A stretch of 64,000 nucleotides of DNA from Candidatus Zixiibacteriota bacterium (GTDB lineage: Bacteria > Zixibacteria > MSB-5A5 > GN15 > JAAZOE01). Location: the NCBI GenBank assembly GCA_043819555.1, contig JBDREQ010000020.1:64001-128000 (forward strand), written 5' to 3'. The notes beneath the pieces were generated by a model. The model was not told where the DNA came from. It worked only from the letters and a program-made list of their open reading frames with translations, and made no database searches. Below are positions 22,107-32,318 of the stretch, one piece after another. How positions within the stretch are numbered: position 1 is the first letter of the stretch; the number at the start of each line of letters is the position of its first letter. A program made the position numbers and the translations under genes.

Positions 22107-22361
22107 ATGCTCATGCTATTATGGAGCGCAATATTGTTTCTTCTGGGAGTCACCGCCTTTTTGGATGCCCTTTTTAATTATGGCGAAATATTCCGTCAAA
22201 TAAATTCGGTGTTGTTTCTCCTGGTTTCTTTGGCAATTTTGATCCGGACCACGACTAAAAAGAAACTGGCCAAAATGGAACATTATGCCCAAAAAGTGGA
22301 AGATCTTGAACAAAGAATCACAAATTTGACCCGCCCTAAAGATACTTCTGTCTTCAAATAA
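22107..22361 (+). CDS. Small hypothetical membrane protein (2 TM + coiled-coil tail)
   Basis: GGAGG at 22102; ATG at 22107 or 22113; two hydrophobic helices then charged heptad-like tail; fills the gap between two minus-strand genes. Confidence 0.7.
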   Translation: MLMLLWSAILFLLGVTAFLDALFNYGEIFRQINSVLFLLVSLAILIRTTTKKKLAKMEHYAQKVEDLEQRITNLTRPKDTSVFK

Positions 22362-22399
22362 GAATTTTATGACAGCAACTTTTTTCAATAAAAAGTTGC

Positions 22400-24256
22400 C
22401 TAAATTTCGTTGTCTCCTTCGGATTCACTCCGGAGGAGATCTCTGATTGGGGCGCTAAAAGGATAATTTGAATGATCCCGCAATAAGCCTCTATAAATCT
22501 CCAGAGCTTTATCTCGGCGCTCCGGATTTTCAAAATATATATCTGCCTTAAGTTTTAAACCATAAGGCAGGAAATACGATTCCGGGTACTGGATCTGCAG
22601 ACTATCAATGGTATTAATCGCGGCTTCTGCTTGATTTTGCCCAAAATATAAATTTGCAAGATTTAGGTACGATACCGGCGAAAGAGCGGGAATCTTGATT
22701 TGACATATCTTTTTTAAATAAAATTCCAGGGAATCTCTTTGATTGTTATAATCAAAATACTCGGAGGCGCAATAAAGATCAATCTGTCCCGAAGCAGAAC
22801 CAATTGCCTCACTCAAAATAAGAGAATATTCAATCGCGTTATTGACATAAAATCCCCTGGGATAGCGGCTGATAATCTGTTTGAATGAATCCCGGGCCGA
22901 CATATATTCATAGGAAAAGAGTTTAATTAGACCAATCATATAATCGGCCTTTTCCTTAAAACTGTCATTTAGCTCAAGATTCTTCAGCAAGGTACAGCAA
23001 GCCAGAGCGGAATCGAGTTGGTTTTCTCTTATCAAGAGATCTGCAAGTTCGAAGCGGGCCTGAATATCATAACGTGACCTTGGGGCTGTCGCAATCACCT
23101 CATCAAGAAAATCCCTGGCCCGATCCAAATCGTGCAGATAATTTTTATAAAGAACACCGATTCGTATTCTTGCTTCTGCTTTATGAGGCGCCGATACGAA
23201 TTTATCCTCAATCGAATGATATATTGCAAGAGCCTTTTCATATTCTCCCGTCGCCGTATAAGCTTCGGCCATCAAAAATTGCGCATTGCCGATAATTGGC
23301 GAAATTTCATGCGAAGCTGCTAATGCTTCACCGGCTAAAATAGTCTGCATGTATTCACCGCTCTTATTGCACCATTTCATGAAATATAAAATATCATTGC
23401 CGCCCTTATTGCGCAAACTGTCTAATTCGACGTAAAACTCGCGGGCCTTATCGAATTGGCCCCGATCCATAAGAAGTTGTCCGTAGGCATTGATAAGTCT
23501 GAAATTGTCATAGTGATTTCTAATCTGTTGGGACAAAATTGCCAAGACGGTATCAGCCGATTCCGGGTACCGGATCATTGAAATCAATTTGGCCTCTGCC
23601 TCGGCTGCAGCCACCGAATCTTTTTCCATGTGCGTCAAATACTCGCGCGTGGCCTGCGCATAATTACCGTTGGCGGTCAAAACATCACCCATAATGCTGG
23701 CCAATAGATTAGGATTATTCGTCAGTATTCTTACTGAATCGATGAATACTACAGCATAATCATAATAGCCCAGACGCTGATAATTCTGTGCAATCGATAC
23801 GAGAATCGGTTGGCGATCCAATGACATTGAAGCGCTTTCAAAGAAATAATATTGTGCCGAATCAACATCTCCGATTAGCAAATGCGCTTCACCGGCATTG
23901 TGCAGCAGCATAAAATTAACAGGTTCGGATAAAATCCTCAATCTCATCAATGCCAGTAACTTCCCATAATTTTTGCTATTTTTATAACATTGGGCCAACA
24001 GTGATTTTAATGTGAGATCATCAGGACTTCTACTTAATTCATCTTCAGCCAAAGCGCCTGCCATTTCATATTGTCCCATCGTCATCAAACGCCTGACGCG
24101 GTCAAACGCGGCGCTGCCCGAATTATCCTTTTTTATGGGAGAGTTGCCAATTTCTTCCCGCTGAGGTTTAGCATCATCGCTTTGAGCCATTACCGGTACA
24201 ATAATGACCGATAGCCAAACGAATAGGAATATACCTGATATCTTACTTATGTTCAT
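22400..24256 (-). CDS. Secreted tetratricopeptide repeat protein
   Basis: Likely start MNISKISG (24256) with signal peptide ending VMA-Q; repeated TPR-like helices (AQFLMAEAY...GEYEKALAIY, ADYMIGLI...FKQIISRYP). Confidence 0.8.
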   Translation of the reverse strand: MNISKISGIFLFVWLSVIIVPVMAQSDDAKPQREEIGNSPIKKDNSGSAAFDRVRRLMTMGQYEMAGALAEDELSRSPDDLTLKSLLAQCYKNSKNYGKLLALMRLRILSEPVNFMLLHNAGEAHLLIGDVDSAQYYFFESASMSLDRQPILVSIAQNYQRLGYYDYAVVFIDSVRILTNNPNLLASIMGDVLTANGNYAQATREYLTHMEKDSVAAAEAEAKLISMIRYPESADTVLAILSQQIRNHYDNFRLINAYGQLLMDRGQFDKAREFYVELDSLRNKGGNDILYFMKWCNKSGEYMQTILAGEALAASHEISPIIGNAQFLMAEAYTATGEYEKALAIYHSIEDKFVSAPHKAEARIRIGVLYKNYLHDLDRARDFLDEVIATAPRSRYDIQARFELADLLIRENQLDSALACCTLLKNLELNDSFKEKADYMIGLIKLFSYEYMSARDSFKQIISRYPRGFYVNNAIEYSLILSEAIGSASGQIDLYCASEYFDYNNQRDSLEFYLKKICQIKIPALSPVSYLNLANLYFGQNQAEAAINTIDSLQIQYPESYFLPYGLKLKADIYFENPERRDKALEIYRGLLRDHSNYPFSAPIRDLLRSESEGDNEI

Positions 24257-27200
24257 CCGCCTGACGTCCCATTCCGGAGATAGCCTTGAAATAAGCCTTG
24301 ATTTGCTGCTCATATTGGCGGGGAAACCCCTCTTTTAAGTATTGATTTAGTCTATCCTGGAGGCTTTCCGATCCGGTCATATTACCTTCATCAAGCGCCC
24401 CTGGAGAGTTTCTTAGTACATCTTTTCCAATTACGGATTGCCTTTCTTTTGTAAAATCACGGCGGTTTAATGATTTTTGTACATCGAGCATTCTCGAATA
24501 TACACGTAATTGCATATCAATCAATTCCTGCCCGGCTTGTCCCTCATCAAGTAATTCCTCGACTTCTTTTATATCATTGGAAAGCGCGTCAAGGCGGCCC
24601 AGTATATCCCGGCGATTGCCAAATTCCTTCTGGAGTTCCTCCATAGATTTTCGGACCGTGCCTTGTTCTCCGGCCAGTCGTTTTAAAGCCTGTTGCGAAT
24701 CATTTGGATTTTTCCCGGGATTATTGCATTCCTGCTGTGTTTGTTTATTGATCTCGCTTTGTTTCTGACACATGGATTGCATTTTCTGATTCTTCTTATT
24801 GCATGAACTGCTGCTATTGCAATCATTCTGCTCCTCAAGCCCGTCAAGCAACTTGACCGACGCGCGATTGAGATTATACATCGCCTCCTGTTGGTTTTCG
24901 TATGCGTCGGAAGTTCGCCGTTCGCCAAGATTATCACATGAAGATTGCATATTCTGGCGACTTTGCTCTATGAATGACTGTGTTTCGGCCGCCAAAAACG
25001 GTGATTTCTTGCTTAATTCATTGACTCTTTGTGCAAGAGAATTCAACGATTCTCGAAGCGTCATCTGTTCAGCGGCCATGTTTCGCAGATAATCGGTTTG
25101 GGTTGAGCCATTTTTTAGCGATTCATAAATATCTTCCTGCTTCTGTGATAGGTAATTCGCATCATTGATTGCGTTGAGCATTTCCTGAGCCATTTTGCGG
25201 CCCTCTTCATCGGAAAAAGCGGCCATGATATCCTGCATTTTTTTCACCAAACCGCTCAACTTTAAAGAAGATTCTTCACCGTGAGGCGTCGCTTTATTTG
25301 CGTTTTTATAATTAAGTTCCTGCTCCATCCGGTTCATATCCAAATCAGCCTGGTTATTCATAACCGCATCAGCAAAATCATTTTGCAAATCCGTGTTCTG
25401 CAATTCCGATTTCTCAATAAGATCCTTTAATTTATCAGCCTCATTTTTGAGAGCATCCATTTGGTCCTGAAGCTTATTTTCTCTGCGAGATAATCGAGGA
25501 TATTCATCGTCCGATTTTAATTGCTGTGTTTCGATATTGATGCGATTCTGCTCCAATAGCATCTCTTCGGCCATTTTCAGCATTGCAGCCATTTTCTGTT
25601 CAGCCTGCATTTTCTTCAGAAGTTCAACTGAGCGTTCCAGCCTCTTGAGCATTTCTTCCTGAGAAACCTGAAAATCTTTCATCGCCTTTTCTATTTCTTC
25701 CGGATTCATATTCTTCAAGGCTTCGGCGAGTTTGCGCATCGCTTCTTTCATTTCGGGCGTGGCGATTTCATTAAACAGCTTCTGCAGTTCCATCATTTTT
25801 TGCATTATCTGTTCTGACAGAAGATTGTTTTGCTCCATCTGTTTTATCGATTCTTCCATCTGCTCGGCCATTTTTTCGATATTCTCCGCGGTCAGATTCT
25901 GCTGCTTGACCATATTTTCCAGTTCTTTTGATTTTTGCCAGTCGATTTTCTTCGCAGATTTCATCTCACGAGCCAGCTCTTTTAACTGGTCAGCCATTTC
26001 CCTCTGTTCCCGCAAAATCTTTTCCGCCTCAAAAATGCGGCTTTCCTGCTGGGCGCCGGTCTCAGCGATTATCTCATCAATAGAGGGCAATCGGGCCGCA
26101 AATACTCGAGTACTGCTTGTTTTTGGACCCGAAACGACATCATTATCTGATATTTCAAAATGATATAAAATTAAATCTGAAGGCAATAAGTTAAAGCGGT
26201 CAACATCCCAGTTAAAAGCCACTTCGCCTTCGGTTGAAATATCATCCGAAAAATTGATCACCGCCACATTTTCTTCTCCTTGCTGGCCACTTGATATTAT
26301 TCGATATTTCATGACCAACGAGCCAAGGCCGAAATCATCGGAAATGGAAAGATTAAATGGAATTATCATCCGATCATCGAGGTTTATATCGTATCCGGGA
26401 GAATTGACATTTATATACGGATACTCATCGGGAATAGCCGTTACCATGTACTCAATCGGATCCGGGTTAGTCTCACCATTCTTATCATACAGTCTGACGT
26501 GATAAGAAAAATCATTTTGTACGGCGAGGTTGATTTTGCCCAGAGATTTTTCAAAATCTATTGGCAAATTGATCGAATCATCCCTTATTAAATATCCGGA
26601 TTCAATATTGCGATTGGCTTCAATTTCAAGAAATACGCGGCTGCCAACCAGCGCCGCGAACGATCCGTTATTTTCATCGGTAGTCAAGTCGGCCAGCGCA
26701 GTATATTCAGGTGGTTGAATAATAAGCTTCAGGCTGGTTACGCGAGGTTTCTCCACAATGTTTATGGCGTATTTATCCGATGTGATGTCACCGGCAACAA
26801 TATAATAATCAAACGATCTTCTGACCTGCTTCAACGAAATGCCAAAGGGGAGGGTATCAACATGAAGATTACCGTTACCGTTAACTGAAAAATTATAAGA
26901 GTCTTCTACCGGGATTTTCTCGGATTGCCAGCGGCCGTCAGTGAATTTATAAAATATTTCAATCCTGTTCGGAAATCCGTCGCCGACTAACCGGCCCCCA
27001 ATTTCAATATCCGAATATTTGACTTTTTCGGCATTACCAGGTTGAATGAAAATCGCAAAACCGGGAGGAGGCGCGATTCGGGTCGTCGGGTGCGAATAAA
27101 CTTCCAGTGCATTGGAAAATATTCCCGGAGCCAAAACAGCAGTCAGTACCGCCAGGATAACCACAACTGCTCCTGAACGGATTTTTCTATATAATGGATA

Positions 27201-27635
27201 GCCTGAGATTATCTCGTTGAAATTAATATCCCGAGTCAGCTCAAGAGCCTGTTTGCCAGTCATATCAACAAGAGCCGGGGAGAAGTTGGTTTTTTCGAAA
27301 TTAAAGTCGCGGAACTGCAAAGCGGCAACTAGCCGATTCTTCAAATTCGGGTGCTTCTGCTCAATCATCAAAGCCGCCGAAATCAAATCGCCGCCTTTTT
27401 TGACCGGTTTATACACATATCGAATAATCGCAAAAATCAAAAACCCGCATGTAATTGCCATCAAGGATAATTTCAGGAAAACCGGCAGAATGATAACCGC
27501 CGCTATCGCCGATAAGAACAACCCCAAACCAATAATTGTTGAAATTGTAGCAACGATTCCCGCCCCGAATAGAATTACCCTGTTTTTCCGTATTGCCCCC
27601 TTCAATCGCTTTTCTAATTGAATTAGTTTCTCCAT
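24243..27635 (-). CDS. DUF4175-family membrane-anchored protein
   Basis: 3 N-terminal TMs, LKNRLVAALQ, Ig-like region with PEYT and SDDFGL, long Gln/Met-rich coiled coil, C-terminal FPRQYEQQIKAYFK. Confidence 0.75.
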   Translation of the reverse strand: MEKLIQLEKRLKGAIRKNRVILFGAGIVATISTIIGLGLFLSAIAAVIILPVFLKLSLMAITCGFLIFAIIRYVYKPVKKGGDLISAALMIEQKHPNLKNRLVAALQFRDFNFEKTNFSPALVDMTGKQALELTRDINFNEIISGYPLYRKIRSGAVVVILAVLTAVLAPGIFSNALEVYSHPTTRIAPPPGFAIFIQPGNAEKVKYSDIEIGGRLVGDGFPNRIEIFYKFTDGRWQSEKIPVEDSYNFSVNGNGNLHVDTLPFGISLKQVRRSFDYYIVAGDITSDKYAINIVEKPRVTSLKLIIQPPEYTALADLTTDENNGSFAALVGSRVFLEIEANRNIESGYLIRDDSINLPIDFEKSLGKINLAVQNDFSYHVRLYDKNGETNPDPIEYMVTAIPDEYPYINVNSPGYDINLDDRMIIPFNLSISDDFGLGSLVMKYRIISSGQQGEENVAVINFSDDISTEGEVAFNWDVDRFNLLPSDLILYHFEISDNDVVSGPKTSSTRVFAARLPSIDEIIAETGAQQESRIFEAEKILREQREMADQLKELAREMKSAKKIDWQKSKELENMVKQQNLTAENIEKMAEQMEESIKQMEQNNLLSEQIMQKMMELQKLFNEIATPEMKEAMRKLAEALKNMNPEEIEKAMKDFQVSQEEMLKRLERSVELLKKMQAEQKMAAMLKMAEEMLLEQNRINIETQQLKSDDEYPRLSRRENKLQDQMDALKNEADKLKDLIEKSELQNTDLQNDFADAVMNNQADLDMNRMEQELNYKNANKATPHGEESSLKLSGLVKKMQDIMAAFSDEEGRKMAQEMLNAINDANYLSQKQEDIYESLKNGSTQTDYLRNMAAEQMTLRESLNSLAQRVNELSKKSPFLAAETQSFIEQSRQNMQSSCDNLGERRTSDAYENQQEAMYNLNRASVKLLDGLEEQNDCNSSSSCNKKNQKMQSMCQKQSEINKQTQQECNNPGKNPNDSQQALKRLAGEQGTVRKSMEELQKEFGNRRDILGRLDALSNDIKEVEELLDEGQAGQELIDMQLRVYSRMLDVQKSLNRRDFTKERQSVIGKDVLRNSPGALDEGNMTGSESLQDRLNQYLKEGFPRQYEQQIKAYFKAISGMGRQADEHK

Positions 27636-27690
27636 GTCATCATCCCGATAAAGGCTCTTATTTTATTGACGGCAATCGGCAGGTATAAGT

Positions 27691-28416
27691 TTAGTATGCC
27701 ATCGCGTAAGCCACTATATTTAATCCCATTTTCAGGGCTTTAAGTCTTTTTTCCGGCGGATCATTATGGACATGCTCGTCTTCCCAGCCATCAATAATAT
27801 CAGATTCAAACAAGTAGAATAATACTATCCGCCCGTCGATTACGACACCAAGGCCGGAGGCCGGTTTGTTGTCGTGTTCGTGAATCTTGGGGGGACCGTT
27901 GGGAAAATCAAAAAACGAATGATAGATAGGGTGCTCAAAAGGGATTTCCTGCAGAGGATTGCCTGGAAATAAGTCGGCCACCGCTGTCCTGACCGATTTA
28001 TCCATTCCGTAAGAATCGTTGATTAATAGAAATCCGCCGGTTATTAAATATTGGCGCAACCGTGCCATTTCATTTTCAGTAAATTTTATCACGCCGTGTC
28101 CGGTCGCGAATAAAAAAGACGATGAAAACAAATCATCATCCTCAATCCTGACCTGTTTTTCCTCCAGATCAACCGGCCACCCGGTTTGTTCGGATATAAA
28201 ATTCAATATGTTAGTTCCCGCGGAATTCCCTAAGTACCAGTCACCTCCGCCGCCGTAATGAAGTCTCGTCAAAGTTATTGAAGAAGGATTTTGTGCTTGA
28301 ACAGTCTCTGCCCGCACAAACGGATTGGTCCCCGGAATCTGCCTTAATTGATCCTGCGCCGGAATTTGCGAAACGGTCAATGCGCAGATTAACGCTGTCA
28401 CTATTTGATGCTTCAT
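27691..28416 (-). CDS. DUF4159 domain protein
   Basis: RLHYGGGGDWY, FATGHG, GGFLLINDSYG, HPIYHSFFDFPNGPPKIHEHD, ALKMGLNIVAYA. Confidence 0.85.
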   Translation of the reverse strand: MKHQIVTALICALTVSQIPAQDQLRQIPGTNPFVRAETVQAQNPSSITLTRLHYGGGGDWYLGNSAGTNILNFISEQTGWPVDLEEKQVRIEDDDLFSSSFLFATGHGVIKFTENEMARLRQYLITGGFLLINDSYGMDKSVRTAVADLFPGNPLQEIPFEHPIYHSFFDFPNGPPKIHEHDNKPASGLGVVIDGRIVLFYLFESDIIDGWEDEHVHNDPPEKRLKALKMGLNIVAYAMAY

Positions 28417-28647
28417 ACCATTAACATTATACTGCCAAAACCAGGAATTGATAGAAAAAAATGAGACGATTAAGGTTTTTAATTGATTTTTCCATGTATC
28501 AGAGGCATAGTTTTTCTTGCGTTCGGGTTTATCAAATTACTAATTTAGACAATTGCCCGGGGGCATTGATTATTGATTCTGACAAGAATTCTTACCCCGG
28601 GCTTGGGTTATTACGTAATTTAAACATAAAATACAGGGAGAGCAATT

Positions 28648-29571
28648 ATGCCATTAGCGTCATTGATTGATATGTATGCGAAGGCGAATAAGGGATATTA
28701 CGCTATACCGCAATTCAATGTAAATAACCTGGAATTTATCCAGGCCGCTCTGGAAGTTTCCGAAGAAATGAAGGCTCCGGTTATTCTGGCCGCCTCAACT
28801 TCAGCCATCAAATATGCCGGTATTGACTATCTGATGGGTATGGTCAAAGCCGGCGCCGCCAATGTCTCCGTCCCGGTCGCCATGCATCTTGATCATGGCG
28901 CCACGACAGCCGACGCCAAAATGTGCATCGACGCCGGATTCACTTCAGTTATGATTGATGCCTCCAAAGAATCACTGGACAAAAATATCTCAATCACTCA
29001 GGAAGTAATGGCTATGTCTAAGGCCAAAGGAATTTGCGTTGAAGCCGAACTGGGCTTGTTGGGCGGCATAGAAGATGATGTCGTTGTGGATGAAAAGGAT
29101 GCTTTCCTGACTAATCCTAAGGAGGCCGAAAGATTTATCAAAGAAACCGGTTGCCATGCATTGGCCATAGCAGTTGGAACCAGTCACGGGGCATATAAAT
29201 TCAAACATACGCCTGAACTGGCGATGGAGCGCATAACTCAGATTAAAGAAATAACAGGAGCAGCACTCGTGCTTCACGGCGCCAGCGGTGTGCCCAAAGA
29301 TTTGCTCGAACTGGCCGCCAAATACGGCGCCGAACTCCCTGGAGCGATGGGCGTCCCCGATGAAGCATATACCGAGGCTGTTAAACGGGGCATCAACAAA
29401 ATTAATATTGATACCGATTTGCGCCTTGCCTTTATGAGTCACATTCGTGAATTCCTTACCAATAATCCCAGCCAGTTTGATCCGCGCAAAATATTGAAAC
29501 CTGCCAAAGAAGCAATCAAAGTCCAAATGCGCAACAAAATCAAATTATTCGGCTGCGAAGGTAAAGGATAA
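28648..29571 (+). CDS. fba: Class II fructose-1,6-bisphosphate aldolase
   Basis: HLDHG, SVMIDAS, VEAELG, GTSHGAYKF, LVLHGASG, KINIDTDLR, DPRK. Confidence 0.97.
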   Translation: MPLASLIDMYAKANKGYYAIPQFNVNNLEFIQAALEVSEEMKAPVILAASTSAIKYAGIDYLMGMVKAGAANVSVPVAMHLDHGATTADAKMCIDAGFTSVMIDASKESLDKNISITQEVMAMSKAKGICVEAELGLLGGIEDDVVVDEKDAFLTNPKEAERFIKETGCHALAIAVGTSHGAYKFKHTPELAMERITQIKEITGAALVLHGASGVPKDLLELAAKYGAELPGAMGVPDEAYTEAVKRGINKINIDTDLRLAFMSHIREFLTNNPSQFDPRKILKPAKEAIKVQMRNKIKLFGCEGKG

Positions 29572-29599
29572 GAATAGATTTTAATTTGAAGTATTGATG

Positions 29600-29630
29600 A
29601 AAAAATGGCGGATTCATTATCCGCCATTTT
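29600..29630. terminator. Bidirectional terminator between fba and omptin gene
   Basis: AAAATGGCGGAT-TCATT-ATCCGCCATTTT. Confidence 0.85.
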
Positions 29631-29641
29631 AACATTTGCGT

Positions 29642-30655
29642 TTAAAATGTTCCGGTAATTGAAAACGTTAACGACTTCTGACTACTTTTCAAATCATAGT
29701 CTATTCCGCGTAAGAATAATCCCGTCTCATCATCAGACGTACCCGGATCGTCTCCATAGAATTCCTGTCTTTGCTCACCCGAAGTACTTATACTCAAATA
29801 TCGATAACCGAGATTAATTGAAAAATCCGATCCATTTTGCCTTTTCCAAAATGGCCATTCGATATCTCCCGATAGAATCAAAGTCGCCCCACTACAGGTT
29901 CCTTCGCCCGTTTTCTTTCGCAGTACATGATCATCAAAATCCCTGCCGAATGTTAGCGGAGAAAATCCTAAATTGAGATTGAGGTTTATCGGGTTAATCG
30001 CACGAATTTGGCTTTGCAGGGCCAAATAGGGAATGTGGTATGTGTATTTATTGATGAGAACAAGCGTGTCATTATATTCTTGATAGTAAACACTATCATA
30101 CTGGTCATTCTCATATGTCAGATACCATCCATCGATTCCAAACGCCTTGAAACTAAATTTCTGATACATATAACCAGCGGCAGCACTAATCGTAAATTTC
30201 GGCTTATTAGCAAGGTTAAAGGCAACATTTATATCAATGTCCGTTGCCTTTAGAGTATTATCCGATTCAGTATAACTAAATTTTTCATCAAAATCATAAG
30301 TTAAAGATTTTAACCAATCAGAATCTAAGGCTGGTTTAGTCGGATCCTTCAAATTCGTGAAGTAGCTTAAGTTCAGTAACCACTTCAAATCCCCTTTAAG
30401 TTTTCCAATAAATGAAAGATGTCCTCCTCCCATATATGTATCAAGTGGATATTCAATCTCACTATCAATTTGGGTTAAATCGTCAATATAAAAATATGAA
30501 AATCTCTCAGTGAATGAAAGATGCAATAACGTCGATCCCGAAGTCTTCCGACTTTCTAGTGACGCTTTAACCTTCAGGTAATCCCCAAGTATCCCCGAAG
30601 TTGCTGTTGATGAAAGAAAAAGCCCCAAAATCGTAAGAATGATTAATCGTTTCAA
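29642..30655 (-). CDS. Omptin-family outer membrane protease
   Basis: TTG start at 30655 after GGAGG; signal peptide; SEIEYPLD, DSDW and DDHVLR match omptin catalytic motifs; amphipathic strands and terminal Phe. Confidence 0.75.
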   Translation of the reverse strand: MKRLIILTILGLFLSSTATSGILGDYLKVKASLESRKTSGSTLLHLSFTERFSYFYIDDLTQIDSEIEYPLDTYMGGGHLSFIGKLKGDLKWLLNLSYFTNLKDPTKPALDSDWLKSLTYDFDEKFSYTESDNTLKATDIDINVAFNLANKPKFTISAAAGYMYQKFSFKAFGIDGWYLTYENDQYDSVYYQEYNDTLVLINKYTYHIPYLALQSQIRAINPINLNLNLGFSPLTFGRDFDDHVLRKKTGEGTCSGATLILSGDIEWPFWKRQNGSDFSINLGYRYLSISTSGEQRQEFYGDDPGTSDDETGLFLRGIDYDLKSSQKSLTFSITGTF

Positions 30656-30787
30656 TTGTACCTCCCGCCTGACCTCAATCGAGATCTCAACGCCCCGATA
30701 ACAGCCCCTTTCTGTTTTCATAAGAATAAAAATAATATATAACAGATTGTCAAGTGAAGAATAGAGAATTCCCATACGTATTATGAT

Positions 30788-32173
30788 TTAATTCTTAAAT
30801 GGCTCTAAATGAAGAGTTATTGATTTCAGCTCGGGTATTTCATCATGTAGTTTTTCCTGGACCCGAATAGAGACAGAGTCGGTTTTGGCCAGAGTCATTT
30901 TGCCATCAAGGCGCATATCGGCCGAAAGCGCCAGTCCGTTTTTGTGAGGCGTCAAGACAATATTATGGCAGTCTTCAACATCCTGAAACGACTCCACTAT
31001 AGATTTAACTCGTCCCGCAACCCAGTCAATGTCGGGAAGCGCCCCTCCGGCCAGAGATGTATCCGATTTATAAGGCTGAGTATAGATTACGACCTTTTTC
31101 AAACCTGTAACGGTTTTATGAAGTTTTTTGGTTATTTCACCGGTCAAATTGTGAGCGTCATTAAGCGTCGTGTCGCCCGGCATTTCAATATGCATAGACA
31201 CAAAATGTCCGCCTTCTTCCTCGCTGATAATGACATGATGATTTGAGAGGCCGAATGATGAGACAATATATTGAATGGCCGATGTGATTTTTTCCGATTC
31301 AGGGGAGATCGGACGGAATGAACAGGTAACATCTACATCTTTCATGGCCAGTCGCACATTTTCATGCAACCTGTCTTTCAATTCGCTTGTACGCGCAAAG
31401 CTTAGGGAACGGTCGACATCCAGAATTAACTCGGCAAATGTCGTCCGGCCATCGCTTCTTAATCGAATAGAATCGACTCCAATAACTTCAGGTTCAGAGG
31501 TCACTATCTTAAAAATTTTCCCTTCCGTATTCACCGGAGCCCGATCCAAAAGGACATCAATTGATTGTTTCCCCAAACGATATATGGCGGTAATAATAAA
31601 CAGGGCCACACCGATAGCGGCGATGGCATCAGCCATGGGCCATCCCAAAGATACAGCCGCCAGACCAAACAAAACTACCATCGAAGAATAAATATCGGTC
31701 GAAAAATTCAGGGCGTCGGCTTCCAGCGCCTGACTTTTGTATTTTTTCGCGACTCGTCTCAAAGCTCTAACCCTGGTTATATCGATTATCATCGCCGCCA
31801 CGATCACAATAAATGCCCATGGTGTCATCTTGATAATTGATTCACCCACAGCCAGTCGCCCGACCGCTTCATGAATTATCCAGATGCAGGTCACAAATAA
31901 TATAATAACCTGGGCCAGCGCGGCCAGCGATTCCACCTTAGTGTGCCCAAAATGATGATGTTGATCAGCCGGCCGATCGGATATCCGCACCGCAAAATAC
32001 GTTATTATTGACCCGCCCATATCAAGAAGTGAATGCAGCGCATCGGTGAGAATAGCCAATGAACCAGTCATAAGGCCAATAATCGATTTACCGACTATCA
32101 TTACAACAGCGGCCAGAATTGAATATAACGCGACCGCCCTCTTTTCATTCTTGGGGCCAGGAAAATTTATCAT
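30788..32173 (-). CDS. Cation diffusion facilitator with three tandem C-terminal dimerisation domains
   Basis: GSLAILTDALHSLLD, PADQHHHFGHTKVESLA, LEADALNFSTD, then three repeats of the ZT_dimer-like alpha/beta unit ending LHLEP; start likely ATG 32173. Confidence 0.9.
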   Translation of the reverse strand: MINFPGPKNEKRAVALYSILAAVVMIVGKSIIGLMTGSLAILTDALHSLLDMGGSIITYFAVRISDRPADQHHHFGHTKVESLAALAQVIILFVTCIWIIHEAVGRLAVGESIIKMTPWAFIVIVAAMIIDITRVRALRRVAKKYKSQALEADALNFSTDIYSSMVVLFGLAAVSLGWPMADAIAAIGVALFIITAIYRLGKQSIDVLLDRAPVNTEGKIFKIVTSEPEVIGVDSIRLRSDGRTTFAELILDVDRSLSFARTSELKDRLHENVRLAMKDVDVTCSFRPISPESEKITSAIQYIVSSFGLSNHHVIISEEEGGHFVSMHIEMPGDTTLNDAHNLTGEITKKLHKTVTGLKKVVIYTQPYKSDTSLAGGALPDIDWVAGRVKSIVESFQDVEDCHNIVLTPHKNGLALSADMRLDGKMTLAKTDSVSIRVQEKLHDEIPELKSITLHLEPFKN

Positions 32174-32318
32174 ACGCCATGAGTCTAACATCTTTATAGC
32201 CAGGACGCAATTATTTATTGCTTGAAGTTTTATTGAACTTTTATTAAAATAAAATAAATTCTTATTCGGCAATTAATATTGTCGAATAATTTCCGACGTT
32301 ATTTTTAGAGGGGGAATT

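Noticed and set aside
28990..29526. 178-aa antisense ORF (likewise 50722-51294 and 52682-53257)
   Set aside because: Fully inside confident genes on the opposite strand; codon-bias shadows
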